64,000 bases of DNA from NCBI GenBank assembly GCA_965222075.1, contig OZ244937.1, positions 4,896,001 to 4,960,000 of the forward strand, given 5' to 3'. The notes below the pieces were generated by a model, which saw only the letters and a program-made list of their open reading frames with translations, was not told the DNA's origin and made no database searches. This DNA comes from Candidatus Latescibacterota bacterium. GTDB taxonomy: Bacteria > Latescibacterota > UBA2968 > GCA-2709665. A program made the translations under genes and the position numbers. The stretch's first letter is position 1, and every line of letters starts with the position of its first letter. Shown here one piece after another: positions 39,959-49,888 of the stretch.

Positions 39959-41335
39959 TCATGTGTGGATGGTCTCTCCGAAGCGTATTGCAAAGGTCAC
40001 GAAGTCGCTAAATCCGATTTCCCCGTTCAGATCGAGATCGAACTTCACATTATAGGTCGCGTCGTTCTTTTTTGCCCCAAAGTGGCGTGCAAAGTTGACG
40101 AAGTCCTGAAAGTTGACGATCCCGTTTCCGTCAAAGTCGGGCGAGGGCGTTAGTGGGTCAGAGGGCAGTCTGACCAGGCGGATGCGGTGGTTGAGCGTAT
40201 CCGCAATGTAGAGGTTCTTGCCCGATTGATCCACGCAGATGCCTCTGGGACGCCATAATCTTGCCCGGGTCGCCGGCCCCCCATCCCCTGAATAATCCCC
40301 CTTGCCCTCGCCCGTAGGTCCGCTTCCCGCCACGGTGGTGATGACGCCAAGCTGTACATCCACCCTTCGAATTCGGTGGTTGAAGGTGTCTGCAATGTAG
40401 ATGTTGCCCTCCTGATCCACGGTGACGTCCCAGGGTTTCAACAGGCTTGCCAGGGTGGCGGGTCCTCCATCTCCGGAAAATCCTTCCGTTCCATTCCCGG
40501 CGATGGTGGAGATGGTGCCCTTTGTATCCACCTTCCGGATGCGGTGGTTGAAGGTATCCGCAATATAAAGGTTGCCTGATTTATCCACGTAGATCCCGCC
40601 GGGGCTGTGCAGGCTCGCATGGGTCGCCGCGTCTCCATCTCCGGAAAATCCTTCCGTTCCATTCCCGGCGATGGTGGAGATGATGCCCTTTGTATCCACC
40701 TTCCGGATGCGGTGGTTGAGGGTATCCGAAATGTAGATGGTGCCTCCGTAGGGATGGTGGCGCAGGGGACCGGCGGGGGTGCCCGATCCGACCACGAAGA
40801 CGTCGGTCGGTTTGGCCAGGCTCGTACCTCTGGCAGGGACACCATCGGTGCCAAAACCAAATTGACCGTTGCCCGCTATGGTGGTGATGATGCCGGTCTG
40901 CCCGTGCACCCACCGAATTCTGTTGTGCCCCGAATCCGTAAGGTAAAGGTTGCTCAGATCGTCGACGAACATGCCCGAAGGGGTAAACAGGCCTGCGGCG
41001 ACCGCCAGGTCTTCATCGCCGGAAAAATCGGGGAGCCCGTTGCCCGCCAGGGTGGTAATGGTGCCCCCCGCATCCACCTTCCGGATTCGGGCGTTACCAA
41101 AATCCGCAATATAGTAGTTGTTCCAGGGGTCTACGAACACGCCGGCAGGCCAGAATAGTTCTGCCTTTTCAGCCGGGCCGTTATCGCCGCCATAGCTGGC
41201 GGAGGTACCTCCGGCCAGGGTGGTGATGGCGCCCGGCTCCGGTTGGGCCGAAAGAGGAGATTTAACCAACCAGAGTGTGAAGACCAACCCGCAGAACAGG
41301 ATCGCTTTGAAACGGTTTTTGAGCATGGATGCCAT
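39959..41335 (-). CDS. Secreted NHL-repeat protein with C-terminal dockerin/EF-hand-like domain
   Basis: Signal peptide; six YI(A/S)DT.NHRIRKVD-type repeats; C-terminal DFDGNGIVNFQDF…DLDLNGEIGFSDF. Confidence 0.85.
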   Translation of the reverse strand: MASMLKNRFKAILFCGLVFTLWLVKSPLSAQPEPGAITTLAGGTSASYGGDNGPAEKAELFWPAGVFVDPWNNYYIADFGNARIRKVDAGGTITTLAGNGLPDFSGDEDLAVAAGLFTPSGMFVDDLSNLYLTDSGHNRIRWVHGQTGIITTIAGNGQFGFGTDGVPARGTSLAKPTDVFVVGSGTPAGPLRHHPYGGTIYISDTLNHRIRKVDTKGIISTIAGNGTEGFSGDGDAATHASLHSPGGIYVDKSGNLYIADTFNHRIRKVDTKGTISTIAGNGTEGFSGDGGPATLASLLKPWDVTVDQEGNIYIADTFNHRIRRVDVQLGVITTVAGSGPTGEGKGDYSGDGGPATRARLWRPRGICVDQSGKNLYIADTLNHRIRLVRLPSDPLTPSPDFDGNGIVNFQDFVNFARHFGAKKNDATYNVKFDLDLNGEIGFSDFVTFAIRFGETIHT

Positions 41336-41415
41336 TGGGTATTGACGAAATCTTACCCAGGGGACTGCTGGTTGTCAAACAGATCGATGCGCCCGGACGG
41401 TCCACCGGGTCGCCC

Positions 41416-44214
41416 CTACTCAGGCGAAATCAGGGGGTTACCCATTTTGAATACCCCCTTTCCGTATGTCCCGGCATACACGGTTTGTGGACTTAAGGGA
41501 TGGATCGCCAGGGTGTAAACAAAGGTGTCCGCCAGCCCTGCGCGAATCCAGGTACGTCCCCCATTCTCGCTTTTGTAGACGCCTCCACCGGGGGTCGCGG
41601 CATAGACCGTCTCAGGATTGGAAGGGTGGATCGCCAGGGAGAGGATCCTTTTCGCGAGAAGCCCGGTGTTGACAGCTGACCAGGTGACGCCTCCATCGCT
41701 GCTTTTGAATATGCCGCCATACGTCCCAACGTACACGGTTTTCGGACTCGAGGGATGGACCGCCAGGGTATGGACATCCGGATTTGTCAGGCCGGTGTTG
41801 ATCGGAGTCCAGGATGTCCCTGCGTTGGTGGATTTGAAGACGCCTCCGGTTGTTCCGGCATAGAGGGTGTGGGGATTGTTGGGGTGAATCGCAAGGGTTT
41901 GGGCCTTTTTGTGTGTCAGGCCGGTGTTGATCGGAGTCCAGGATGTCCCTGCGTTGGTGGATTTGAAGACGCCTCCGGTTGTTCCGGCATAGAGGGTGTG
42001 GGGATTGTTGGGGTGAATCGCAAAGGTTTGGGCCTTTTTGTGCGTCAGGCCGGTGTTGATCGGAGTCCAGGATGTCCCTGCGTTGGTGGATTTGAAGACG
42101 CCTCCGATTGTTCCGGCATAGAGGGTGTGGGGATTGGAAGGATGGACTGTTAGGGAGAGGATTTTTGTGTTCGCCAGTCCTGCGTTGATCAGCCTCCAGG
42201 TCGTCCCTGTGTCGGTGGATTTGAAGACGCCGCTCAGGGTTCCGGCATAGAGGGCGTGGGGGGCCTGAGGGTCAACCGTCAGGGAGAGGACCTTTGTACC
42301 GGTCAGGCCTGTCTCCTTCCAGGTCGTCTCCTCGGTCCCGCCTTTGAAGACGCCTCCCATCGTTCCGGCGTAGACCGTCTGAGGGTCTTCCGGATCGACC
42401 GCCAGAGAGAGGATGCTCAAGCTGGTCAGGCCTGTGACGGTCTCCTTCCAGGTCGCCCCTGCGTTGGTGGATTTGAAGACGCCGCTCAGGGTTCCGGCGT
42501 AGAGGGTGTGGGGATTGGAAGGATCGACTGCCAGGGAGAAGACCGTCGTTGAGGCCAGCCCGGTGTTGACGGCCGTCCAGACGCTCCCTCCGTCGGTCGT
42601 TTTGAGCAGCCCCCTGCCCAGCGCGCCGGCATAGACGGTCCGGGGGGCCGACGGATCGGCCGTGAGGGCGAAGATTTGCGTGTTCGTCTGCCCTGTGTGG
42701 ATCCAGATGATTCCCCCATTGCCGGACTTGTACACGCCTTCCGACGTTCCGGCATAGACCGTTTGCGGGCTTGCAGGGTCGATCGCCAGGGTGAGGGTCC
42801 TGGTATGGTGCAGGTCCATAAGGGACCAGGTTGTGCCGCCATTTGTGGATTTGAAGATGCCTCCGGTTGTTCCGGCATACACGGTTTGCGAATTGGAAGG
42901 ATCGATCGCCAGGGAGAGGACTTTTGTATTGGCCAGTCCTTCGTTGACGGCCGTCCAGGCCTCCCCCCGGTCGGTACTTTTGAATATGCCTTTCCCGTCC
43001 GTTCCCGCATAGAGGGTCTGTGGATTGGAAGGATCGACCGTCAGGGCGTAGACCCGGATGCCCAGGACCGACCGGGTCCAGGACGTGCCCCCGTCGATGG
43101 ATTTGAAGATGCCTCCGGTTGTTCCGGCATAGACGGTCTGAGGGCTTGAAGGGTCGATGGCCAGGGTCTGAATATCTATATTTGTCAGCCCTGTGTTGAT
43201 CTCATTCCAGGAAGCTCCTGCGTTGGTGGATTTGAAAACGCCTCCTACGGTTCCGGCATAGAGGGTTCGGGGGTTTGCAGGATTGCGCGCAAGAGCGTAG
43301 ATATTCCTATTGGCCAGTCCCGCGTTGACGGCCGTCCAGGAGGATCCCCCATTCGTGGATTTGAAGACGCCTCCCAATGTTCCGGCATAGAGGGTGCGGG
43401 GATTTTCAGGGTCGATCTCTAAGGAGAGGGTTCTGGTATTTGTCAGCCCTGTGTTGACGGCCGTCCAGGAGTCCCCTGCGTTGATGGATTTGAAGATGCC
43501 TCCCAATGTTCCGGCATAGAGGGTGCGGGGGTCTGCAGGATTGCAGGCAAGGGCGTAGACATTCAGATTTGTCAGTCCTGTGCTGGCGTCCGTCCAGGAG
43601 TCCCCTGCGTTGGTGGATTTGAAGATGCCTCCCAATGTTCCGGCATAGAGGGTGCGGGGATTTTCAGGGTTGATTTCCAGGGAGAGGATTTTTGTGTGGG
43701 TCAGTCCTGTGGTGACGGTCGTCCAGGACGCTCCCCCATTCGTGGATTTGAAGACGCCTCCCAGCGTTCCGGCATAGAGGGTGTGGGGATTTTCGGGGTT
43801 GACAATAAGGGCGTAGACATTCAGATTTGTCAGTCCTGTGTTGACGACCTTCCAGGAGGATCCCCCGCTGGTGGATTTGAAGACGCCCCCCCCCTCTGTT
43901 CCGGCATAGACGGTCTGGGGATTTTCGGGGTTGACAATAAGGGCGTAGATATTTTCATTGGTGATCCCTGAGTTGACGGCCGTCCAGGAGGCCCCTGCGC
44001 TGGTGGATTTGAAGATGCCTCCATTGTATGTTCCGGCATAGAGGGTGTGGGGATTTTCAGGGTCAACGATCAGGGCCGAGACGATTCCTCCGTAAGGCCC
44101 CTTGCTCACCCAGAGGGCGCCCCCGGCGTCAGTTCCCCACAGGGTAAGGCATAACAGTAAGAGAGTGGAGAGTGGAGAGTGGAGAGTGGGGGGTGAAAAG
44201 ACACGCTTCCGCAT
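41416..44214 (-). CDS. BNR/Asp-box (WD40/YVTN-like) repeat protein, about 21 repeats
   Basis: Repeats of LAIDP.NP.TLYAGT.GGVFKSTNAG.SW (~43 aa); start uncertain (44214 or 44268). Confidence 0.85.
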   Translation of the reverse strand: MRKRVFSPPTLHSPLSTLLLLCLTLWGTDAGGALWVSKGPYGGIVSALIVDPENPHTLYAGTYNGGIFKSTSAGASWTAVNSGITNENIYALIVNPENPQTVYAGTEGGGVFKSTSGGSSWKVVNTGLTNLNVYALIVNPENPHTLYAGTLGGVFKSTNGGASWTTVTTGLTHTKILSLEINPENPRTLYAGTLGGIFKSTNAGDSWTDASTGLTNLNVYALACNPADPRTLYAGTLGGIFKSINAGDSWTAVNTGLTNTRTLSLEIDPENPRTLYAGTLGGVFKSTNGGSSWTAVNAGLANRNIYALARNPANPRTLYAGTVGGVFKSTNAGASWNEINTGLTNIDIQTLAIDPSSPQTVYAGTTGGIFKSIDGGTSWTRSVLGIRVYALTVDPSNPQTLYAGTDGKGIFKSTDRGEAWTAVNEGLANTKVLSLAIDPSNSQTVYAGTTGGIFKSTNGGTTWSLMDLHHTRTLTLAIDPASPQTVYAGTSEGVYKSGNGGIIWIHTGQTNTQIFALTADPSAPRTVYAGALGRGLLKTTDGGSVWTAVNTGLASTTVFSLAVDPSNPHTLYAGTLSGVFKSTNAGATWKETVTGLTSLSILSLAVDPEDPQTVYAGTMGGVFKGGTEETTWKETGLTGTKVLSLTVDPQAPHALYAGTLSGVFKSTDTGTTWRLINAGLANTKILSLTVHPSNPHTLYAGTIGGVFKSTNAGTSWTPINTGLTHKKAQTFAIHPNNPHTLYAGTTGGVFKSTNAGTSWTPINTGLTHKKAQTLAIHPNNPHTLYAGTTGGVFKSTNAGTSWTPINTGLTNPDVHTLAVHPSSPKTVYVGTYGGIFKSSDGGVTWSAVNTGLLAKRILSLAIHPSNPETVYAATPGGGVYKSENGGRTWIRAGLADTFVYTLAIHPLSPQTVYAGTYGKGVFKMGNPLISPE
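41786..42135. repeat. Near-identical 129-nt tandem coding repeats
   Basis: Units start at 41786, 41915 and 42044; units 1 and 2 differ at about 2 positions. Confidence 0.85.
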
Positions 44215-44243
44215 TCCGCAATCCGAGATCCGAAATCTGAAGT
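44161..44243. repeat. Heptamer tandem repeats (GAGAGTG)x4 and degenerate (ATCCGCA/ATCCGAA)n
   Basis: Directly visible at the 5' end of the BNR gene. Confidence 0.65.
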
Positions 44244-44476
44244 TCCCATTTGGGTTGTTCAAACGCATTGGGAAGGCCGTGGGCTGTGCAGGTGGTATTG
44301 CAGGGAAGGACAGCAGCAGGGGGTGGGCAGCAATATATCGTATTTTCTGGGATCTGCAAAGTCAAGTTTTATGTGCCGGCGAGGTGCCTGAGGCCTTGAA
44401 ATTCAGGGGAAATTGGGTAGTTTTTATATCTTCAGAGGCGGCTGATCATTATCGGAGTTCAGACAGGAGGTGTTCT

Positions 44477-45403
44477 ATGAAGAGAAAGGGGTCTGTTTTT
44501 GCAAAGCGGAGGGCCATGTGCGGGGTGCTGATGGCCTTTTTGACGGCCTGCGACGAGACGCCGATGAAAGGGCCTCAGACCGGCGAGGCCCTTACCGTGA
44601 CGCTCCCCGGCAACGTGAGTATGGCGTTTGTCCGGATCGGGCCGGGGAGGGTTATTATGGGGTCGTCCTATGGAGAGGCGGGGCGGTTTGAAAACGAGGG
44701 GCCGCAGCATGAGGTCGCGATAACAAAGGGGTTTTATATGGGAAAGTACGAGGTGACGCAGCGACAGTGGGAGGCGGTGATGGGCACCTATCCGTGGCGG
44801 ATGCGTCCCCCCGCCCAGGGGCCAAGGGACTATGTTGTGGAACACCCGGACCACCCTGCGGCTTACATCTCATGGAACCACGCACAGTCCTTCATCCGCA
44901 GGTTGAACGAGGCCGCCGGAGATTCGCTGTACCGGCTGCCCACGGAGGCGGAGTGGGAGTATGCGGCGAGGGCCGGGACGCTTACACCGTGGTCGTTTGG
45001 GAACAACGAAGGCCGGATGGGGGATTATGCGTGGTATTCCGACAATGCCTGGGTCAGCGATCAGGAGGATGAGGGGGAGAAGTACGCGCATCCGGTGGGG
45101 ACGAAGCAGCCGAATCCGTGGGGGTTGTACGATATGCACGGCAATATGTGGGAATGGTGCCAGGACTGGTATGCGGAGGACTATTACAGGTTTTCTCCCG
45201 GTGCGGACCCCATTGGGCCCGGGTCGGGCGAGTCCCGCATTTTTAAGGGCGGTGACTTCTCCAGTTCCGCCACGCTGTGCGGGTCGGCGCGTCGCGGCGG
45301 CCTCCCCCCGGAGTTTACAGGCAACGGCGGCATCGGCTTTCGTGTGGTGAGGCAGGGCGCGGATAGGGAAGGGGGCCGGGGGATCAGGTCATTTTCACGG
45401 TAA
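44477..45403 (+). CDS. FGE-sulfatase (SUMF1/EgtB/PvdO) domain lipoprotein
   Basis: RBS AGGAGG; lipobox FLTAC; EGPQHEV…EVTQ; YRLPTEAEWEYAARAG; NPWGLYDMHGNMWEWCQDWY; IGFRVV. Confidence 0.88.
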   Translation: MKRKGSVFAKRRAMCGVLMAFLTACDETPMKGPQTGEALTVTLPGNVSMAFVRIGPGRVIMGSSYGEAGRFENEGPQHEVAITKGFYMGKYEVTQRQWEAVMGTYPWRMRPPAQGPRDYVVEHPDHPAAYISWNHAQSFIRRLNEAAGDSLYRLPTEAEWEYAARAGTLTPWSFGNNEGRMGDYAWYSDNAWVSDQEDEGEKYAHPVGTKQPNPWGLYDMHGNMWEWCQDWYAEDYYRFSPGADPIGPGSGESRIFKGGDFSSSATLCGSARRGGLPPEFTGNGGIGFRVVRQGADREGGRGIRSFSR

Positions 45404-45416
45404 AGCAAAAAGGAGG

Positions 45417-45445
45417 TTGACAAGGGGGCTTCAGGTGGGTACATT
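45417..45445 (+). promoter_or_regulatory. Sigma70 promoter P1 (TTGACA-17-TACATT)
   Basis: Consensus -35, 17-nt spacer, A-rich upstream. Confidence 0.65.
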
Positions 45446-45493
45446 AGGGGGTAAGAATCAGAGTGTTTATTGCTGAGCCGGGGATGAGCCGTC

Positions 45494-45525
45494 AAAGGGG
45501 GACGGTTAGACCCCTTTTTTATTTT
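45494..45525 (+). terminator. Terminator-like hairpin AAAGGGG…CCCCTTT followed by a T-tract
   Basis: Stem followed by TTTTTTATTTT, located between P1 and P2. Confidence 0.5.
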
Positions 45526-45542
45526 GGTGATAAAAAAAAAGG

Positions 45543-45571
45543 TTGACAAGAGGATTTCGGGTGAGTACATT
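45543..45571 (+). promoter_or_regulatory. Sigma70 promoter P2 (TTGACA-17-TACATT) for module 2
   Basis: Duplicate of P1 with a similar spacer and an A9 tract upstream. Confidence 0.65.
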
Positions 45572-45877
45572 ACAAGGCCATGTGAATTCCTGATTCTGGG
45601 ATTTAAACCTTACGGGGTTCAGGTTATGTGGTCGAATTGGTTTAATTATCATTCAATCATTCATTCACGCCGGGGATAGGCTGGCCGTAAGGACAGTTAT
45701 ATCCCTGTTTTTTTATGTTTTGAAGGCCAGTCTTGAAAAGTATGGAAAGGAGGGATGCGTAGAATTAATGTTGTCGGGTGGTTGCTCGATGGTTCCTGGC
45801 GTAGACATGGCCAACATCCCCTCACGGATGTCTGCGGCCGTAATTTCAACCTTATAATGTGGAAGGGGGGAATTATT

Positions 45878-46588
45878 TTGAAGACGAAGGCATGGTTGCT
45901 GTTTTTGACTGGGGTATTCCTGTTGAGCTCCGTCTCAACGGTGGACGCGCAGGCCCGTAAATGGGGTGTGGGCGCGTTCCTCTCCTGGAACAACCCTGTG
46001 AGTAAACTGGGGGATCAGTTCGGTCCGGCGCCCAAGTATGGGGCAAACTGGCAGTATCTGATTTCCCCGAGGCTCTACCTTGAAATGGAGTACCACTATT
46101 CCAAGTGGAAACGTGGGAAGTTAGTGGATAGGACGTTTACCTGGTCGGTGGACGGGAATGACTATCTGAGCCCGAGGGCGGAGGCGACGATGAAGATGAA
46201 CAGTATGATGTTTAACCTGTTGATCTTCCACCAGCAGGTCCCGTCCTTTAAGGGCAAAGATTTTACGTATTATTTTACGGTTGGAGGTGGGTTCCACAAT
46301 TACAACGCAGCACGTCGGAATTTCATCTACCCGGATCAGAAGGCGGAGCCTATTGATAAGACCCTGGTGCTCCAGGATCAGATCGACACGAGGGCCGCGT
46401 TGACGGTCAACTTTGGGTTTGGGGTTCAGGCTTTTGCGATAGACAACGTGGCGATAGACCTTCGGGCGCGTTACCACGTGATGATGGGCGATATCCGGCC
46501 GATGTGGGACTGGGGGGTCGTGAACAAGGCGTTTCCGATGATGCTGTTCGATATCGGCGCAGGTGTGAAGTTTTACTTCTGGAAGTAA
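45878..46588 (+). CDS. Small outer-membrane beta-barrel protein (module 2)
   Basis: TTG start; signal peptide ending VDA; paralogue of 23913-24629; ends KFYFWK. Confidence 0.7.
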   Translation: MKTKAWLLFLTGVFLLSSVSTVDAQARKWGVGAFLSWNNPVSKLGDQFGPAPKYGANWQYLISPRLYLEMEYHYSKWKRGKLVDRTFTWSVDGNDYLSPRAEATMKMNSMMFNLLIFHQQVPSFKGKDFTYYFTVGGGFHNYNAARRNFIYPDQKAEPIDKTLVLQDQIDTRAALTVNFGFGVQAFAIDNVAIDLRARYHVMMGDIRPMWDWGVVNKAFPMMLFDIGAGVKFYFWK

Positions 46589-46609
46589 TCAGATAAGGAG
46601 GACTGAGCG

Positions 46610-49600
46610 ATGGCAACAAGCAAGCGTCTATTTATTCTCGTCGGCATGCTGTCTTTGCTGGTGGCCCTGCCCTTCTGGAGCGTCTACGGAGGTTCTCTGG
46701 GGAAGATTCAGGGGCGGGTGCTGGACGCAACGAACGCACCCCTGCCCGGGGCCAGCGTGGTGATTGAAGGCACGCAGCGGGGGACGGTGACCGACGCAGA
46801 CGGGTACTACCTGCTCCTGGCGTTGGACCCGGGGAAGTATTCTCTGACCGCGTCGCTGGTGGGGTATACGAATGTGACGCAGAAGGAGGTGGAGATCACG
46901 GTCGATCACACGACCATCGTGGACTTTTCGCTGAAGGAGGAGGCGATCGAGGCGGCCGAGATCGTGGTGACCGCCGAGCGTCCTCCGGTGGAGCTGGACA
47001 AGACCGCGACGAAGTATCTGGTGACGGCCGATGATATCGAGCAGACGCCGATCATCAAGACGACGGCGGAGTTTATCTCCCTGCAGCCTGGTGTGGACCA
47101 GGCCGGTACGTTCACCATCCGCGGGTCAGACACCACCCGGGGCACCAACCCCAATGCGTGGGGCTCGCAGTGGTATGCGCCCAACGACACGTATGTGATG
47201 GTGGATGGGGTTCGCATTCCCAACCAGGATGGGCACTCGGCCATCCTGTTTACGGGGATAAACAAGAGCGCGGTGCAGCAGATCTCGGTGGAGACGGGTG
47301 TGACCCCCGCAGAGTATGGGGACGCGCAGGCAGGCACGATCAACATCGTGACGAAGGATGGTGGGAAGGAGTTCCACGGGTGGTCGGAGGTCAACTTCGA
47401 GCCTGCGGGTCAGAAGCACTGGGGGGCGAACATCTACGATGCGCCAAGCCACCGCAACAGGATGGACTGGGACAATCCGGAGTGGCTGGGAGAGACGGAC
47501 CCGTTGACGGGCCGGATCATCCACGTGCGTGAGGACTACGCCAGCAACCAGGGCGTGCGGTTGGAGGGCAGCCTGTCGGGTCCGCTGGGTCCGAAGGCGG
47601 GGTTCATCGTTTCGGCCAAACACGACCGCCGCGCCTCGACCTATCCGGCAGCGACGAGCCACGGGTTTTATAACGACCGTGGGCAGTATCTCAACGCGCC
47701 GGACTACTTCTCGGGATCGGGAAGTGTCACCCTCAAGCCTACGCCCAACACGAAGTTCAAGCTGGGGTTGATCCTTGAGACCTACACGGCCTACAACGAC
47801 GAAGTCAACGAGTATGGGTATGCCAACGAGGGCTTCATCCGGGGCACGCGGCACAGCCTGCGTAATCTCTTCCTGCCCAAGAACTGGGCGGGTTCCGGTC
47901 AGTATGATCACCAGGAGGACCTGGAGTATATCACCTTTACGCACACGCTGTCTCCCAAGACGTTTTACGAGGTGCGCATTTCGCGGAGCCACACAGGCCA
48001 GGATACGGTTGGCGCGCCTGCGTTTACGACGGACTCTCGCAAGGACAAGAGCGGGTGGTTCATCATCGACCGTCAAATCGCGATGTGGGTCGATTCACAG
48101 CGGACGCGCCTTGCGCTTAAGGCAGACGTGTCCAGCCAGATCACCAAGGGGAATTTTGCGAAGGTCGGCTTTGAGGCGGTCTCCTACGATGCGTATTACA
48201 CCTACTGGGGCGCCCGGTCGAAGTCGGACAACTGGTTTACGTATTATGCAGGTGGAGATACCCCCTGGGAGATGGGCACGCCTGCCCAGCCGATTCGTGG
48301 GTCTTTGTATGCGCAGGATAAGATGGAGTTTGAGGGGTTGATCGTAAACGTGGGTCTGCGCCTCGATTTCCAGAAGCACCGTCACGAGGAGCTGGTGCGA
48401 TCCGGGATGCACTGGGCGCCGATGTGGCGTCGGTATAGCAACCGTCACTACGGCTACGGCGTGGGCGCGGGGAACGGTGTGGAGGTTCCCCAGAACTTTG
48501 CGCTGACGCCGCCGACGCATGTCTACCTCAGCCCCCGGTTGGGCATCTCTCATCCGATCACGGACCGGATGGTGATGCACTTCTCTCTGGGCAGATTCGT
48601 GCAGTGGATGGACCTTTACAGGCAGTATGCGAAGTCCTACCGCAACTTCGGCCGGATCGGTCCGGATGGGGATCCTTCCTGGGTCGACCTCAACAACAAC
48701 GGGGTGAAGGACGCTGCGGAGCATTTGAGCAACATGGACCCGCACTACAGTGGGTTTGGCGGGGATCCGTGGACGCTCCCGGAGGAGACGCTGACGTTTG
48801 AGGTGGGCGCAGACTGGAACTTCGTGTCTGACTACACCGCAACGTTGACGATGTTCTACCGCAACGAGACGCAGCAGATCCGCAACGACGGTACGGGCTG
48901 GTATGGTCCCAAGCGTGGGTCTCACTACACGCGGGGCAAGGCGAACTCGGCCGCGGCGTATATCAAGGGCGTGGAGCTGGCGCTCGGAAAGCGGATGAGC
49001 AGCTATTTCTCCTTCCGGGTGGCGTGGTCGGCGTCGTGGTCGGCGTTCGGCAACATGGGCCTCTCCCAGTATGGAGCGTCCGTGTATCCGGACTCCAACT
49101 TTGTGCGCAGCAGCAATTTCTGGTATGATTTCACTTACGGCGCCGATGGGTCGGGAATAGGGATTCCGCTGACGGAGAAGGAGAAAGAGGAGTTCAGCCA
49201 TAGTGCGAACAATTCGGTGCGCAGCCTCCTCAACAGCCGACGGGACAATCCCCAGCGGTTCTACGGCAAGATGCCGGAGTTTGAGGACGATGCGATCTTT
49301 ATCGACTACCGGTCGCTGGGCGGAAACCGCTACGGTCCGATGGGCGCCTGGGCAGGTCAGAAGAGCGGTTGGATACTGGCGCAGGCGAACGTGCAGTTTG
49401 TGCTGAATACGCCCTCAGACGTGCGGTTTGGCCCCGGGTGGATGAGCTGGATGGCGAGCGACCTGAGCGCGAACATGCTCTGGAAGATGCGGTCGGGAGG
49501 ACGGGTGCGGTGGACGCCGCCGGGGCAGGAACGGCGGGTAGACCACAGATCGATCGATGCCACAACGGACCTGAGCGTAGAGAAGGTGTTCAACGCAAAG

Positions 49601-49807
49601 GGTCGGGTGCGGCCGGCGCTCTTCGTCGAGGTCCGCAACCTGTTCGAAGATAAGATTGACACGGCCAATAACACGGACTACATGCGGTGGGGTCTGATGA
49701 TGGCCCGTCCGGACAATGCCGACTTCATCCAGTACGGGGACTTCGGCGACCGGAGTTACTTCAAGAGACCCAGGCAGACCAACATCGGTCTCCGTGTGAT
49801 CTTTTAA
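46610..49807 (+). CDS. TonB-dependent receptor (module 2)
   Basis: Same motifs as module 1; ends PRQTNIGLRVIF. Confidence 0.88.
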   Translation: MATSKRLFILVGMLSLLVALPFWSVYGGSLGKIQGRVLDATNAPLPGASVVIEGTQRGTVTDADGYYLLLALDPGKYSLTASLVGYTNVTQKEVEITVDHTTIVDFSLKEEAIEAAEIVVTAERPPVELDKTATKYLVTADDIEQTPIIKTTAEFISLQPGVDQAGTFTIRGSDTTRGTNPNAWGSQWYAPNDTYVMVDGVRIPNQDGHSAILFTGINKSAVQQISVETGVTPAEYGDAQAGTINIVTKDGGKEFHGWSEVNFEPAGQKHWGANIYDAPSHRNRMDWDNPEWLGETDPLTGRIIHVREDYASNQGVRLEGSLSGPLGPKAGFIVSAKHDRRASTYPAATSHGFYNDRGQYLNAPDYFSGSGSVTLKPTPNTKFKLGLILETYTAYNDEVNEYGYANEGFIRGTRHSLRNLFLPKNWAGSGQYDHQEDLEYITFTHTLSPKTFYEVRISRSHTGQDTVGAPAFTTDSRKDKSGWFIIDRQIAMWVDSQRTRLALKADVSSQITKGNFAKVGFEAVSYDAYYTYWGARSKSDNWFTYYAGGDTPWEMGTPAQPIRGSLYAQDKMEFEGLIVNVGLRLDFQKHRHEELVRSGMHWAPMWRRYSNRHYGYGVGAGNGVEVPQNFALTPPTHVYLSPRLGISHPITDRMVMHFSLGRFVQWMDLYRQYAKSYRNFGRIGPDGDPSWVDLNNNGVKDAAEHLSNMDPHYSGFGGDPWTLPEETLTFEVGADWNFVSDYTATLTMFYRNETQQIRNDGTGWYGPKRGSHYTRGKANSAAAYIKGVELALGKRMSSYFSFRVAWSASWSAFGNMGLSQYGASVYPDSNFVRSSNFWYDFTYGADGSGIGIPLTEKEKEEFSHSANNSVRSLLNSRRDNPQRFYGKMPEFEDDAIFIDYRSLGGNRYGPMGAWAGQKSGWILAQANVQFVLNTPSDVRFGPGWMSWMASDLSANMLWKMRSGGRVRWTPPGQERRVDHRSIDATTDLSVEKVFNAKGRVRPALFVEVRNLFEDKIDTANNTDYMRWGLMMARPDNADFIQYGDFGDRSYFKRPRQTNIGLRVIF

Positions 49808-49812
49808 CCGAC

Positions 49813-49852
49813 ATCAGGTGGACGCGGCCTTACGGGGCTGTGTCCACCTGAT
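49813..49852 (+). other. Strong intergenic stem-loop without a U-tract between the TBDR and cargo gene
   Basis: ATCAGGTGGACGCGGCC/GGCTGTGTCCACCTGAT, 17 bp including G-U pairs. Confidence 0.6.
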
Positions 49853-49888
49853 ATTCTGTAATGAAACTTATGGAAGGAGGATTAGGGT

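Noticed and set aside
41786-42135. Regular repeats as a CRISPR array
   Set aside because: The units are 129-nt in-frame coding repeats without unique spacers, and there are no cas genes.
44477-45403. FGE-sulfatase/CLec-fold gene as a diversity-generating retroelement target
   Set aside because: No second copy of its 3' region differing at adenines (template repeat), and no reverse transcriptase or Avd gene in the window.
45481-45512. Hammerhead ribozyme-like GATGAG…stem
   Set aside because: It lacks the CUGA and GAAA core nucleotides.
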